IMG/VR virus record: IMGVR_UViG_2516143081_000003
Reading direction: 5' to 3' (one strand)
From: a virus
Taxonomy: Duplodnaviria > Heunggongvirae > Uroviricota > Caudoviricetes
Length of the DNA stretch: 19,862 nucleotides
Shown here: piece by piece, positions 1 through 10,174 of the stretch
How positions within the stretch are numbered: position 1 is the first letter of the stretch
How the letters are laid out: the number at the start of each line of letters is the position of its first letter
Translations under genes and position numbers: made by a program
The notes under the pieces: generated by a model
What the model saw: the letters and a program-made list of their open reading frames with translations, nothing else
What the model was told of the DNA's origin: nothing
The model's database searches: none

Positions 1-1284
1 TTACAGACTTCTGGAAGGTTGCGCAGCTCTTACAACACGCGGTTGATCTTCCGCAGCGTCTTCCAGCGCACTTAAATCACGGTCTTTCACCTCTGGCATT
101 TTCAGCGCAGAGATTAAACCAATCACTGAATATGCCATGATCATAATGGCGATCGGATACCAGGATTCCGTCATGGTGCAGAAAATACCCGCCAGGATAG
201 GACCAAAACCGGAAGCGATAAGACCACCAATTTCTTTAGAAATAGCCATCCGGGTAAAGCGGTTTTTACAGCCGAACATTTCTGCCATGGTAATGTTTTC
301 CAGAGCAAATAATCCCAGCACCGCACAGTTATGAATCACAATCAGTGCAACCATAATGGTGCTCGGGGCATAGCTTTTATCTACAATGATAGAAAGCATT
401 GGCCATGCCAGCACAATCGCGGAGGTATTCATAATAATATACGGGATCCGGCGACCAATTTTATCGGATAACCAACCAAGGAACGGAATGGTCATAAAGC
501 CGAGAATCGAACTGATCATCAATGCATCTGTTGGAATTGCTTTGTTAAACAATAACGTCTGCACTAAATAGCCTGCAAGGAAAGTCTGAATTAACCCGGA
601 GTTACCCGCCTGACCAAAACGCAGCCCTGTTGCCAGCCAGAAGGATTTGCTCTGGAACATGCTACCAGCAGGTGCAGGTTTTGCTGTCGGTTGGTTACTG
701 TCGTTAACCTTCTCAAAGACCGGGCTTTCTTTCAGATTCATACGCAACCAGATAGCAAAGACCATCACGACAACACTCGCCAGGAACGGTATACGCCATC
801 CCCACGCCAGCAGTTCCTCTTTACTGAGAATGAAGAACATAAAGGCCCAGATTGCCGTTGCGCTCAAGGTTCCGCAGTTAGTTCCCATAGCCACAAATGA
901 GGAGATAATTCCGCGCTTACCTTTTGGCGCATATTCCGCCAGCATCGTACCGGCACCGGAAATTTCCGCACCTGCACCCAACCCCTGAATAATACGCAAC
1001 GTCACCAGCAAGATGGGTGCAAAAACACCAATCTGTGCATAGGTCGGTAACACACCAATTAAGGTGGTACAGATCCCCATCATGGTGATGGTAATAAAGA
1101 GCACTTTTTTACGCCCTATTCTGTCGCCCATTTTGCCGAAAATAAATGCTCCGACAATACGCGCCACATAACCTGCACCGTAGGTTCCCATTGCCAGAAT
1201 TAACGCCATTGCCGTTGATGATTCAGGAAAAAATATTTCATGAAACACTAACGCTGCGCCGAGCGAATATAACTGGAAATCCAT
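1..1284 (-). CDS. ydfJ: MFS transporter (metabolite:H+ symporter family), apparently N-terminally truncated at the prophage junction
   Basis: 427-aa ORF with multiple hydrophobic helices and the MFS loop motif FGKMGDRIGRKK. It begins MDFQLYSLGAALVF, which in related transporters lies about 30 residues in, inside TM1. An in-frame TGA sits 2 codons upstream of the ATG at 1282-1284. Confidence 0.85.
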   Translation of the reverse strand: MDFQLYSLGAALVFHEIFFPESSTAMALILAMGTYGAGYVARIVGAFIFGKMGDRIGRKKVLFITITMMGICTTLIGVLPTYAQIGVFAPILLVTLRIIQGLGAGAEISGAGTMLAEYAPKGKRGIISSFVAMGTNCGTLSATAIWAFMFFILSKEELLAWGWRIPFLASVVVMVFAIWLRMNLKESPVFEKVNDSNQPTAKPAPAGSMFQSKSFWLATGLRFGQAGNSGLIQTFLAGYLVQTLLFNKAIPTDALMISSILGFMTIPFLGWLSDKIGRRIPYIIMNTSAIVLAWPMLSIIVDKSYAPSTIMVALIVIHNCAVLGLFALENITMAEMFGCKNRFTRMAISKEIGGLIASGFGPILAGIFCTMTESWYPIAIMIMAYSVIGLISALKMPEVKDRDLSALEDAAEDQPRVVRAAQPSRSL

Positions 1285-1887
1285 AATTCACAGGTGTTTT
1301 TTCCCATCCTGTGGTTTCCTTGGCGTTTTCTAGGTTTTTTCAGATAGTTGCATTTTTTAAAAAGCATCCTAAGTTCGATCTCAGTGTCTATCTGGGGCCC
1401 ATTTCTGTCCCATATATGCCCCAAAAAAACTCCTCAACAGATAAGTAGTTTTTTCATGGAGTTACGCGTAAAATCAATAACGGCTGGAAATCATTCAATA
1501 CTCGCACTATCGAAAAATTTACCAGCCAACCGCAGCACGTTCTTGCATAAGGCGTGTCTGCGGTTTTTCAACTATTCAGATACATCACTCCCATCACATT
1601 CATTCCTCCACATCAAAGGCATATAGGCTATATCACCTTGATATTTTTCTTCTTCAGATAAAAACTGTTATCTATGTATACTTTTAAACCCAATCCGTGT
1701 AGAGTCTCTGCATAAGATAGTTTGCAGTTGCCACTTCAGCTTGCGCCATAAACCGCCTGATTTTTGCCGCCATCTGTTAGCATTCCTGTATACCTGAAAC
1801 GACAATGTTTATCTACGAACTTTAAGAACACCCAGGATAAAAATTGTCAACTATATCATATATAACACATTACTAATTCGAGGCTAT

Positions 1888-2001
1888 ATGAACAGCATAC
1901 TGATAATCACTTCGCTCCTTATCATATTCAGCATTTTTAGTCATGCTCTAATAAAATTAGGGATTGGCATATCCAATAACCCAGACAAAACCGATGTATA
2001 A
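1888..2001 (+). CDS. Candidate 37-aa hydrophobic small protein ([37 protein letters not shown])
   Basis: Not in the ORF track. ATG at 1888 with GAGG 4 nt upstream; one predicted TM helix; lies in AT-rich DNA between the prophage junction and ydfK. Confidence 0.25.
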
Positions 2002-2069
2002 GTCAACATATCCTGAATCAGACATACAATATCGCAATGAAAATCAATAATATTTTAAGGAATATATTC

Positions 2070-2303
2070 ATGAAATCAAAAGACACCCTAAAGTGGTTCC
2101 CTGCGCAGCTTCCTGAAGTCAGAATTATCCTAGGGGATGCTGTAGTGGAAGTAGCAAAACAGGGAAGACCTATCAATACCAGAACATTGCTTGATTACAT
2201 TGAAGGAAACATAAAGAAAAAATCATGGCTGGATAACAAAGAATTATTACAAACAGCGATATCAGTTCTTAAAGACAACCAAAATTTAAATGGTAAAATG
2301 TAA
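2070..2303 (+). CDS. ydfK: Small cold-shock-associated prophage protein YdfK (77 aa)
   Basis: ATG at 2070 has AAGGA 8 nt upstream; the ORF-track start at 2037 has no RBS. Protein MKSKDTLKWFPAQLPEVRIILGDAVVEV... recognised from recall. Confidence 0.8.
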   Translation: MKSKDTLKWFPAQLPEVRIILGDAVVEVAKQGRPINTRTLLDYIEGNIKKKSWLDNKELLQTAISVLKDNQNLNGKM

Positions 2304-2462
2304 TATAATAAACTTACTTTTTTATCATTTTTCCACTTTAACAACATTTTGCTCCACTTTTCCACGACCAAACAACTTGAAATCTGGTTAAAATAACACG
2401 CAACACTATTCTTCTTCCTTGAGTCCGCCCGGAACTCGAAAAACAAACCGAGTTAAAGCCAT

Positions 2463-2488
2463 TTTTCACAAAATCGATTTTGGGTCTC
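2463..2488. other. Candidate orphan invertase crossover-like site (perfect 14-bp palindrome CAAAATCGATTTTG inside a 26-bp dyad)
   Basis: TTTTCACAAAATC|GATTTTGGGTCTC lies about 130 bp upstream of pinQ. The half-sites resemble the A-tract half-sites of Hin/Gin/Cin/Pin crossover sites (for example TTATCAAAAACC) but differ at the centre. No second copy found in the window. Confidence 0.3.
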
Positions 2489-2619
2489 ACCAAAGTTACG
2501 GGGTTGCATACGCATTCGTTTATTTTCGAACGTGTACATACAAATATGCACAAAAATAATCAAAATTATTTTCTGAGATGCATTATGATATGAACACCAA
2601 TTTCGTATAGAGTCTCACT

Positions 2620-3210
2620 ATGTCTCGAATTTTTGCTTACTGTCGGATATCAACGCTGGATCAGACCACCGAAAATCAACGCCGGGAAATCGAAAGTGCA
2701 GGTTTTAAAATCAAACCTCAGCAAATAATCGAAGAACACATTAGCGGCTCAGCAGCAACCAGTGAGCGTCCTGGTTTTAACCGGTTGCTTGCTCGCCTGA
2801 AATGTGGTGATCAATTGATTGTGACAAAACTGGATCGCCTTGGTTGTAATGCAATGGATATCAGGAAAACAGTGGAACAACTGACCGAAACAGGTATCAG
2901 AGTGCATTGCTTAGCATTGGGGGGCATTGACCTGACCAGTCCAACAGGAAAAATGATGATGCACGTAATTTCAGCAGTCGCTGAATTTGAACGAGACCTT
3001 TTACTTGAACGCACTCATTCCGGGATAGTAAGAGCCCGCGGCGCAGGGAAACGTTTTGGTCGACCACCTGTGTTAAATGAAGAACAGAAACAGGTGGTAT
3101 TCGAACGAATTAAGTCAGGTGTAAGTATAAGTGCCATTGCCCGGGAATTCAAAACCTCGCGGCAAACCATTTTAAGAGCCAAAGCAAAACTTCAGACACC
3201 TGACATATAA
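2620..3210 (+). CDS. pinQ: Serine recombinase, DNA invertase Pin/Gin/Hin family (196 aa)
   Basis: N-terminal resolvase catalytic domain with the active-site Ser in YCRISTLDQ; C-terminal HTH ([19 protein letters not shown]). Confidence 0.95.
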   Translation: MSRIFAYCRISTLDQTTENQRREIESAGFKIKPQQIIEEHISGSAATSERPGFNRLLARLKCGDQLIVTKLDRLGCNAMDIRKTVEQLTETGIRVHCLALGGIDLTSPTGKMMMHVISAVAEFERDLLLERTHSGIVRARGAGKRFGRPPVLNEEQKQVVFERIKSGVSISAIAREFKTSRQTILRAKAKLQTPDI

Positions 3211-3307
3211 AAAATAATCTCGGTGTGAGATGCTTTACGTCTTCCAAGCCCCCTTCCTTGCCGTAAATGGAGAGATACATCTAATTATAGAATTTATATG
3301 TTTTACC

Positions 3308-3883
3308 CTACGGCAGTGCTGGCCATTCAATATCCGGTGCAGTTGATGTATCAACACGGTTCAGCAACACCCGATACTTTTTCCAGGCTTCCAGCAACAA
3401 GGTTTCTTCCTCCGTTGCGATCTCCAGATCCACAGCATCCTGAAGCGGCGCTATATGCTCACTGGCTATCTGCATCAGGCTGTTTTTTGTTTCTTCCGCC
3501 TCCCGGATCCGGAACAGTTTTTCTGCTTCCGTATCCTTCACCCAGGCTGTGCCGTTCCACTTCTGATATTCCCCTCCCGGCGATAACCAGGTAACATTTT
3601 CCGGTAACGGACCGAGTTCAGAAATAAATAACGCGTCGCCGGAAGCCACGTCATAAACCGTTTTACCCCGATGATCTTCAACGAGATGCCACGATGCCTC
3701 ATCACTGTTGAAAACAGCCACGAAGCCTGCCGGAATATCTGGCGGTGCAATATCGGTACTGTTTGCTGGCAGACCTGTATGAGGCGGAATATATGCGTCA
3801 CCTTCACCAATAAATTCATTAGTTCCGGCCAGCAGATTATAAATTTTTATGGTCCGTGGTTGTTCACTCATTCTGAATGCCAT
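3308..3883 (-). CDS. tfaQ: Tail fibre assembly protein (191 aa)
   Basis: Tfa-family sequence. Its ATG at 3881-3883 overlaps the stop codon of the upstream chimeric ORF, as in stf-tfa pairs. Confidence 0.9.
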   Translation of the reverse strand: MAFRMSEQPRTIKIYNLLAGTNEFIGEGDAYIPPHTGLPANSTDIAPPDIPAGFVAVFNSDEASWHLVEDHRGKTVYDVASGDALFISELGPLPENVTWLSPGGEYQKWNGTAWVKDTEAEKLFRIREAEETKNSLMQIASEHIAPLQDAVDLEIATEEETLLLEAWKKYRVLLNRVDTSTAPDIEWPALP

Positions 3884-5217
3884 TACGCAAGCCTCACAAT
3901 ATAGTTAAATGCGATGTTTTTGACGGTGTTTTCCGCGTTACCAGCAGCGTTAACGGTGATGGTATGTCCATGTGAACCAATCGCAACGGAGTGCGTATGA
4001 GCACCAATACCGACAGTATGTGCGTGTGCACCTGCGCTTGCAGCAGTATCTGATGGTCGGTCCTGCACGAACGTCAGCGTCTGCCCGTTCCATACCGGCA
4101 TACAGCGCATCGCCGAGCAGAAATCACTGAGAACATCCCACGCCTTACGCTGTGTGGTCAGCCAGGCATTACAGGTGATGCGCGGCTCCGTGCCGCCAAA
4201 ACCGTCCGGCACCGACTGGTCGCAACACTGGCCGATGACATACAGCGCCCATTTATCCACATCTGCCGCACCAAGACGTTTACCCATGCCGTAGCGCGGG
4301 TGGGTCAGCATATCCCACAGACACCAGGCCATGTTGTTGCTGTATGCTGGCTTAAACGTTCCGTCCTGCTGACGGATGACGCAGGCATTATGCTCACAGA
4401 GATAAAACACGCTGGAGGGATCATCCGGCATCCATTTGAGGCCAAACGGCGTCTCTTTGTCGCCAAATTTAAGGTACTGCTCCTTCCCGCAGTGCGGGCA
4501 GGCAACATGAAAACGCATAAAATGCGGGGATTCACTGGCTGCACGCTCAATCTGGCAGGTGCCTCTCACTTTGGGCGTGGAGCCACGGATGGATTTTGGC
4601 CAGACAGAGCCTTCAATACGCTTATCGCCCAGGAACGTCGGAGAGCCTTCCTGTTCAATATCCTCATCAAAGGCAGCAAGTTCATCATAACCCGCCACAT
4701 CCACTGTCTTTTCACGGTAGTTTTTTGCCGCTTTACCGCCCAGGCACCAGAAGCCACGCCCATTGGTGAAACGCTTCATGGTGAGCGTGTTATCCCGGTG
4801 CTTTTTGCCATACCACGGGGCCAGCGCCAGCAGCGAAGGAATATCACGGATGGTCGGCTCAACGTGGGTTTTCATAAAGTTCTCGGCATCACCATCCGTC
4901 GGCAACCAGATAAGTGTGTTGCGCTGCTTATGCTCTATGAAGTAGGCATAAACACCCAACAGCATTTTGGAATAACCAACACGGGCAGACTTCACCACAT
5001 TCACCTCGCGGATGTAGTCGCTGCCCATCGCATTCATGATGGCCCGCTGAAAGGGCAGTGTTTCCCAGCGCCCTTCCTGGTATGCGGATTCTTTCGGGAG
5101 ATAGTAATTGGCATCCGCCCATTCAACGGCGGTCTGTGGCTCCGGCCTGAACAGTGAGCGAAGCCCGGCGCGGACAAAATGCCGCAGCCTGTTAACCTGA
5201 CTGTTCGATATATTCAC
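3883..5217 (-). pseudogene. stfQ: In-frame chimera: terminase large subunit A N-terminus (aa 1-284), internal segment of tail tip protein J (aa 285-390), side tail fibre C-terminus (aa 391-444)
   Basis: Residues 1-284 match recalled lambda gpA (GTG start overlapping Nu1, as in lambda). [20 protein letters not shown]...FVQDRPSD matches recalled lambda J. The C-terminus ends ...[11 protein letters not shown] like lambdoid Stf. Joints at about nt 4366/4365 and 4048/4047. Confidence 0.85.
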
Positions 5218-5737
5218 TCAGCAACCCCGGTATCAGTTCATCCAGCGCGGCTGCTTTGTTCATGGCTTTGATGATATCCCGTTTCAGGAAATCAACATGT
5301 CGGTTTTCCAGTTCCGGAAAACGCCGCTGCACCGACAGGGGGATCCCGTCGAGAATACTGGCAATTTCACCTGCGATCCGCGACAGCACGAAAGTACAGA
5401 ATGCGGTTTCCACCACTTCAGCGGAGTCTCTGGCATTTTTCAGCTCCTGTGCGTCGGCCTGCGCACGCGTAAGTCGATGGCGTTCGTACTCAATAGTCCC
5501 TGGCTGGAGATCTGTCTCGCTGGCCTGCCGCAGTTCTTCAACTTCCCGGCGCAGCTTTTCGTTCTCAATTTCAGCATCCCTTTCGGCATACCATTTTATG
5601 ACGGCGGCAGAATCATAAAGCACCTCATTACCCTTGCCACCGCCTCGCAGAACGGGCATTCCCTGTTCCTGCCAGTTCTGAATGGTACGGATACTCGCAC
5701 CGAAAATGTCAGCCAGCTGCTTTTTGTTGACTTCCAT
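5192..5737 (-). CDS. nohA: Terminase small subunit, lambda Nu1 homologue (181 aa)
   Basis: Near-identical to recalled lambda Nu1 ([29 protein letters not shown]..., winged HTH); cos lies immediately upstream. Confidence 0.9.
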   Translation of the reverse strand: MEVNKKQLADIFGASIRTIQNWQEQGMPVLRGGGKGNEVLYDSAAVIKWYAERDAEIENEKLRREVEELRQASETDLQPGTIEYERHRLTRAQADAQELKNARDSAEVVETAFCTFVLSRIAGEIASILDGIPLSVQRRFPELENRHVDFLKRDIIKAMNKAAALDELIPGLLSEYIEQSG

Positions 5738-5739
5738 TG

Positions 5740-5960
5740 TTCATTCCACGGACAAAAACAGAGAAAGGAAACGACAAAGGCCAAAAAGCCCGCTTTCAGC
5801 ACCTGTCGTTTCCTTTCTTTTCAGGGGGTATTTTAAATAAAAACATTAAGTTACGACGAAGAAGAACGGAAACACCTTAAACCGGAAAATTTTCATAAAT
5901 AGCGAAAACCCGCGAGGTCGCCGCCCCGTAACCTGTCGGATCACCGGAAAGGACCCGTAA
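5740..5960 (-). other. Lambda-type cos region; the 12-nt cohesive-end sequence GGGCGGCGACCT (cosN) is at 5915-5926 on the minus strand
   Basis: The minus strand reads GGGCGGCGACCTCGCGGGTTTTCGCTATTTATGAAAATTTTCCGG..., matching the recalled lambda left end through cosB into Nu1. The plus-side flank resembles the lambda right end. Confidence 0.85.
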
Positions 5961-6125
5961 AGTGATAATGATTATCATCTACATATCACAACGTGCGTGG
6001 AGGCCATCAAACCACGTCAAATAATCAATTATGACGCAGGTATCGTATTAATTGATCTGCATCAACTTAACGTAAAAACAACTTCAGACAATACAAATCA
6101 GCGACACTGAATACGGGGCAACCTC

Positions 6126-6359
6126 ATGTCAACGAAGAACAGAACCCGCAGAACAACAACCCGCAACATCCGCTTTCCTAACCAAATGATTGAACAAATT
6201 AACATCGCTCTTGAGCAAAAAGGGTCCGGGAATTTCTCAGCCTGGGTCATTGAAGCCTGCCGCCGGAGACTGTGCTCAGAAAAAAGAGTTTCTTCTGAAG
6301 CAAACAAAGAAAAGAGTGACATTACTGAATTGCTCAGAAAACAGGTCAGACCAGATTGA
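6126..6359 (+). CDS. ynfO: Small lambda-right-end-like protein (77 aa), possible ribbon-helix-helix fold
   Basis: ORF MSTKNRTRRTTTRNIRFPNQMIEQINIALEQKG...; basic N-terminus followed by an Arc/MetJ-like segment; weak RBS. Confidence 0.65.
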   Translation: MSTKNRTRRTTTRNIRFPNQMIEQINIALEQKGSGNFSAWVIEACRRRLCSEKRVSSEANKEKSDITELLRKQVRPD

Positions 6360-6416
6360 AGCAATTTAGATAATCGTGCAGACTACGCCCCCTCATATCA
6401 CATGGAAGGTTTATCT

Positions 6417-6827
6417 ATGGATCAGGTAGTCATTTTTAAACAAATATTTGATAAAGTTCGAAACGATTTAAACTATCAATGGTTTTATTCTGAGCTAAAA
6501 CGTCACAATGTCTCACATTACATTTACTATTTAGCCACAGAGAATGTTCATATTGTATTAAAAAATGATAATACAGTGTTATTAAAGGGCCTAAAAAACA
6601 TTGTGTCTGTCAAATTTTCAAAGGATAGGCATCTTATAGAAACGACCTCTAATAAGCTGAAATCCAGAGAGATCACATTTCAGGAATACAGAAGAAACCT
6701 TGCTAAAGCAGGAGTTTTTCGGTGGGTTACAAATATCCACGAACAAAAAAGATATTACTATACCTTTGATAATTCATTACTATTTACTGAAAGCATCCAG
6801 AAAACTACACAGATCTTACCACGCTAA
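6417..6827 (+). CDS. ydfO: DUF1398-like prophage protein of unknown function (136 aa from the second ATG)
   Basis: ATG at 6417 has GGAAGG 7 nt upstream; the ORF-track ATG at 6402 has no RBS. Very AT-rich codon usage, consistent with an acquired accessory gene. Confidence 0.75.
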
Positions 6828-6978
6828 ACCATAACGTCCGGCTTCTCTCACTCCTGAGCCGGACTGCATTGGTTTAATAAAAACCATCAACAATTGTGAT
6901 TTAGATATTCGGAACCATTCAAATATAACAAAACCCCGTAAAAACGAGGTTTATGGATAAATTTTATTATTGAATACA

Positions 6979-7152
6979 TCAGATTAAATTAATCTTGACA
7001 TCATAGCTTTCAAGACCCGTCATTTTTTCCCGTGCGGTAAACTGAATACTGGTAACTTCTTTCCCGGTCTTTTTCTTAAGTTCAATAATTTTTTTTGTTA
7101 TATATTCAGAAATATCTGCTTCTGCTTTTGTTTTTAAGTTTTCAATATTCAT
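6979..7152 (-). CDS. gnsB: Gns-family small protein (57 aa; MNIENLKTKAEADISEYITKKIIELKKKTGKEVTSIQFTAREKMTGLESYDVKINLI)
   Basis: Not in the ORF track (under 60 aa). Tandem ATGs at 7155 and 7152 behind AGAGGAA; recognised Gns family. A stem-loop followed by a U-rich tract lies downstream. Confidence 0.75.
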   Translation of the reverse strand: MNIENLKTKAEADISEYITKKIIELKKKTGKEVTSIQFTAREKMTGLESYDVKINLI

Positions 7153-7323
7153 CATTTCCTCTTTTAGTCTGTTATGACTTTCCAGTTACACAGTAAGTCG
7201 ATTATATGGTGCAAACGTGTAAAAGATAAGATGAAACATCGCAATAATCAACATACGATAGTCTAAATTTTACACAAACAGACAAAGAGAATTTTCCTGA
7301 ATTATCAATGCAATAGCATCAAA

Positions 7324-7479
7324 TCAACTCAAGAGCCTTATTGCTGCTTCCAGAATTTCTTCTGAAGTAACATGTCGATCCGCGGCTACATAAATGACTT
7401 TATGATCTCCGGTCAGAGATGGAAACCCTGCGGCCATTACAGTAAGGTGTGTTTTTTCGCCATTTGGATATTCACGCAT
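7324..7479 (-). CDS. ynfN: Small prophage protein YnfN (51 aa from MREYPNG...)
   Basis: ATG at 7479 with GGAG about 11 nt upstream. Alternative starts are the ATG at 7500 (58 aa) and the GTG at 7515 used by the ORF track. Confidence 0.6.
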   Translation of the reverse strand: MREYPNGEKTHLTVMAAGFPSLTGDHKVIYVAADRHVTSEEILEAAIRLLS

Positions 7480-7595
7480 GATGGTGTTAACTCCAGTCAT
7501 CGCTGGCACTACCACTGCTGGTTCAGAGTTAAAAAAACTATGATTTTTTTCATGATGTTACCGTAGTATGTGAGTATCCATCGAATAGACACCAA

Positions 7596-7625
7596 GCAAA
7601 AAAGCTCCCGAAGGAGCCTTCATTT
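7596..7625 (-). terminator. Rho-independent terminator (GGCTCC-TTCG-GGAGC followed by UUUUUUGCUU on the minus strand)
   Basis: GC stem with tetraloop and U-tract, about 200 nt downstream of the cspI stop. Confidence 0.5.
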
Positions 7626-7824
7626 TCACTTTTTTAAATCCAACGACAGACGGCTGGCATTTAAGTATTGTGAAATATTATCAAATGTAATCATCATTGA
7701 TTTACAAAAGATACATTTTGCCCCGAAAGGATTCATGTCAGAAACATCAAAAGATGATGTTCTATACTGGGAACCATGACAACACGGGCATCTAAAGTGA
7801 ATATGGTTTGTAATATTGTCTACC

Positions 7825-8037
7825 TCAAAGCGCCACTACATGAACAGCGGCAGGACCTTTAGGTCCGTTCTCAATACCAAATTCAACTTCCTGATTCTCA
7901 GTTAATGTTTTGAAATCGTTGCTCTGAATTGCTGAGAAATGGACAAACACATCTTTGCTGCCATCTTTCGGCGTGATGAAACCAAAACCTTTTTCAGGGT
8001 TAAACCATTTCACTAAACCAGTCATTTTGTTAGACAT
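7825..8037 (-). CDS. cspI: Cold shock protein CspA family (70 aa)
   Basis: [23 protein letters not shown]...; RNP1 motif KGFGFI and RNP2 motif VFVHF. Confidence 0.95.
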   Translation of the reverse strand: MSNKMTGLVKWFNPEKGFGFITPKDGSKDVFVHFSAIQSNDFKTLTENQEVEFGIENGPKGPAAVHVVAL

Positions 8038-8399
8038 AATTATTACCTTTTGAAGAAATTAGCCCTTGGGCAGAATGGTCCGAAAAAAAATATCAGAGAG
8101 AAAAACCAACAAGGAAATCTCAAGAGGTACAAATAATAAAATTATAACAATGACTGCTTCAGATAAATTTGTAACAAACCAGAACACCATTAACGCATGA
8201 TTAACCACCCATAGCAAGGATTACTTTTGTAAAGAAAAACACAGCAATGAAAGAATAGCTTTATTTATTAATAAAACGTGTCATTCTGATTAAGACCTTT
8301 TATCTTACCCTTAAGATTTCAGGAATTTTGGCTCATGGAAGAGTCCTTTTTATTTAAATTTTACATTCCGCGATGTAAATGTTCCGATTTAATATTACC

Positions 8400-9423
<1,024 letters not shown>

Positions 9424-9427
<4 letters not shown>

Positions 9428-9735
9428 AGATATTTATGATGAGGACGCTCGTGCTTATTGGCAGGATTTTCAATCTTAAAGGAGTACTGATGCTGCAGAT
9501 AAGACTCAACTTTTTCTGACAATTTTTCTGCTACTTCCAGGAAGACTTGCCGGACGCTCCTTCTGGCTGCTGCCTCATAAAACTCCAGCGCAGCTCCTTC
9601 AACACGGTCCATGGCGACATCCAGGTCAAAAATTTCACCGTCAAAGCGTTCTTTGTCCTGTAAGGCTACAGTTACCGTAACTTTATTCTCAAAATTACGG
9701 ACTCCTTTCACAACCAGTTCATAGTCTTGAGTCAT
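9424..9735 (-). CDS. ydfR: DUF1327-like protein inserted between holin and endolysin (103 aa)
   Basis: ATG at 9735 with GAGGAGAG 7 nt upstream; its stop overlaps the rrrQ start (ATGA). Confidence 0.7.
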
Positions 9736-9739
9736 TGGA

Positions 9740-9955
9740 TTACTCTCCTCTCGCAGCCTTACGCCTGTCTTCTTTAATCTTGAAATAAAGATTTGTCAGA
9801 TACGTCAGCAGGCCAAAAACCAGGCTACCCAGCACACCGATTGCAGCCCACTGTGACGGAGTTACTTTATCGAGTAACTGCAATGCCCAGAAACCAGCAT
9901 TACCCGCCGATGTGCCATAGGCAACACCTGTTGTTAACTTATCCATTGATTTCAT
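9740..9955 (-). CDS. essQ: Class II holin / pinholin, phage 21 S-like (71 aa), with a dual-start motif M-K-S-M
   Basis: Close to recalled S21 (...[60 protein letters not shown]). ATGs at 9955 and 9946 behind GGGGTGAGGA. Confidence 0.85.
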   Translation of the reverse strand: MKSMDKLTTGVAYGTSAGNAGFWALQLLDKVTPSQWAAIGVLGSLVFGLLTYLTNLYFKIKEDRRKAARGE

Positions 9956-10174
9956 ATCCTCACCCCGATGTACACGGATGGTGCAATATGTTTGAAAAGA
10001 TCGGAGTCTACGGGGTAGTTTTGACAGCACACGTTGTTCTCAACGGCGCTAAAAAAACATACACATTAAAAATGTGGGTAATTATTTTGAAAGAAAGTCA
10101 TATATAAAATAATAATACGAGAAATGTTTTCATATTTAGTGTACTGTATACGGCCATTTATACAGGAAAAGCCT

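Noticed and set aside
137-988. Four plus-strand ORFs (61-113 aa)
   Set aside because: All are antisense to the MFS transporter gene and have no start signals; the minus-strand frame explains the region.
1348-1626. 92-aa plus-strand ORF near the prophage junction
   Set aside because: Non-ATG start with no RBS, in AT-rich DNA that is probably regulatory or attachment-site sequence.
2195-2553. Minus-strand ORFs of 83 and 71 aa between ydfK and pin
   Set aside because: No RBS; they overlap the ydfK 3' end and the pin upstream region, which is better explained as noncoding.
3298-3904. ORFs overlapping tfaQ in other frames or on the plus strand
   Set aside because: Shadow frames of a gene with clear Tfa-family identity.
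4300-5157. 285-aa plus-strand ORF
   Set aside because: It lies entirely antisense to the terminase A fragment, whose protein identity is secure. No RBS and no recognisable motif; a typical shadow ORF in GC-rich coding DNA.
5256-5836. Plus-strand ORFs of 120 and 179 aa
   Set aside because: Antisense to the Nu1 homologue and the cos region; low-complexity Ser/Arg-rich translations.
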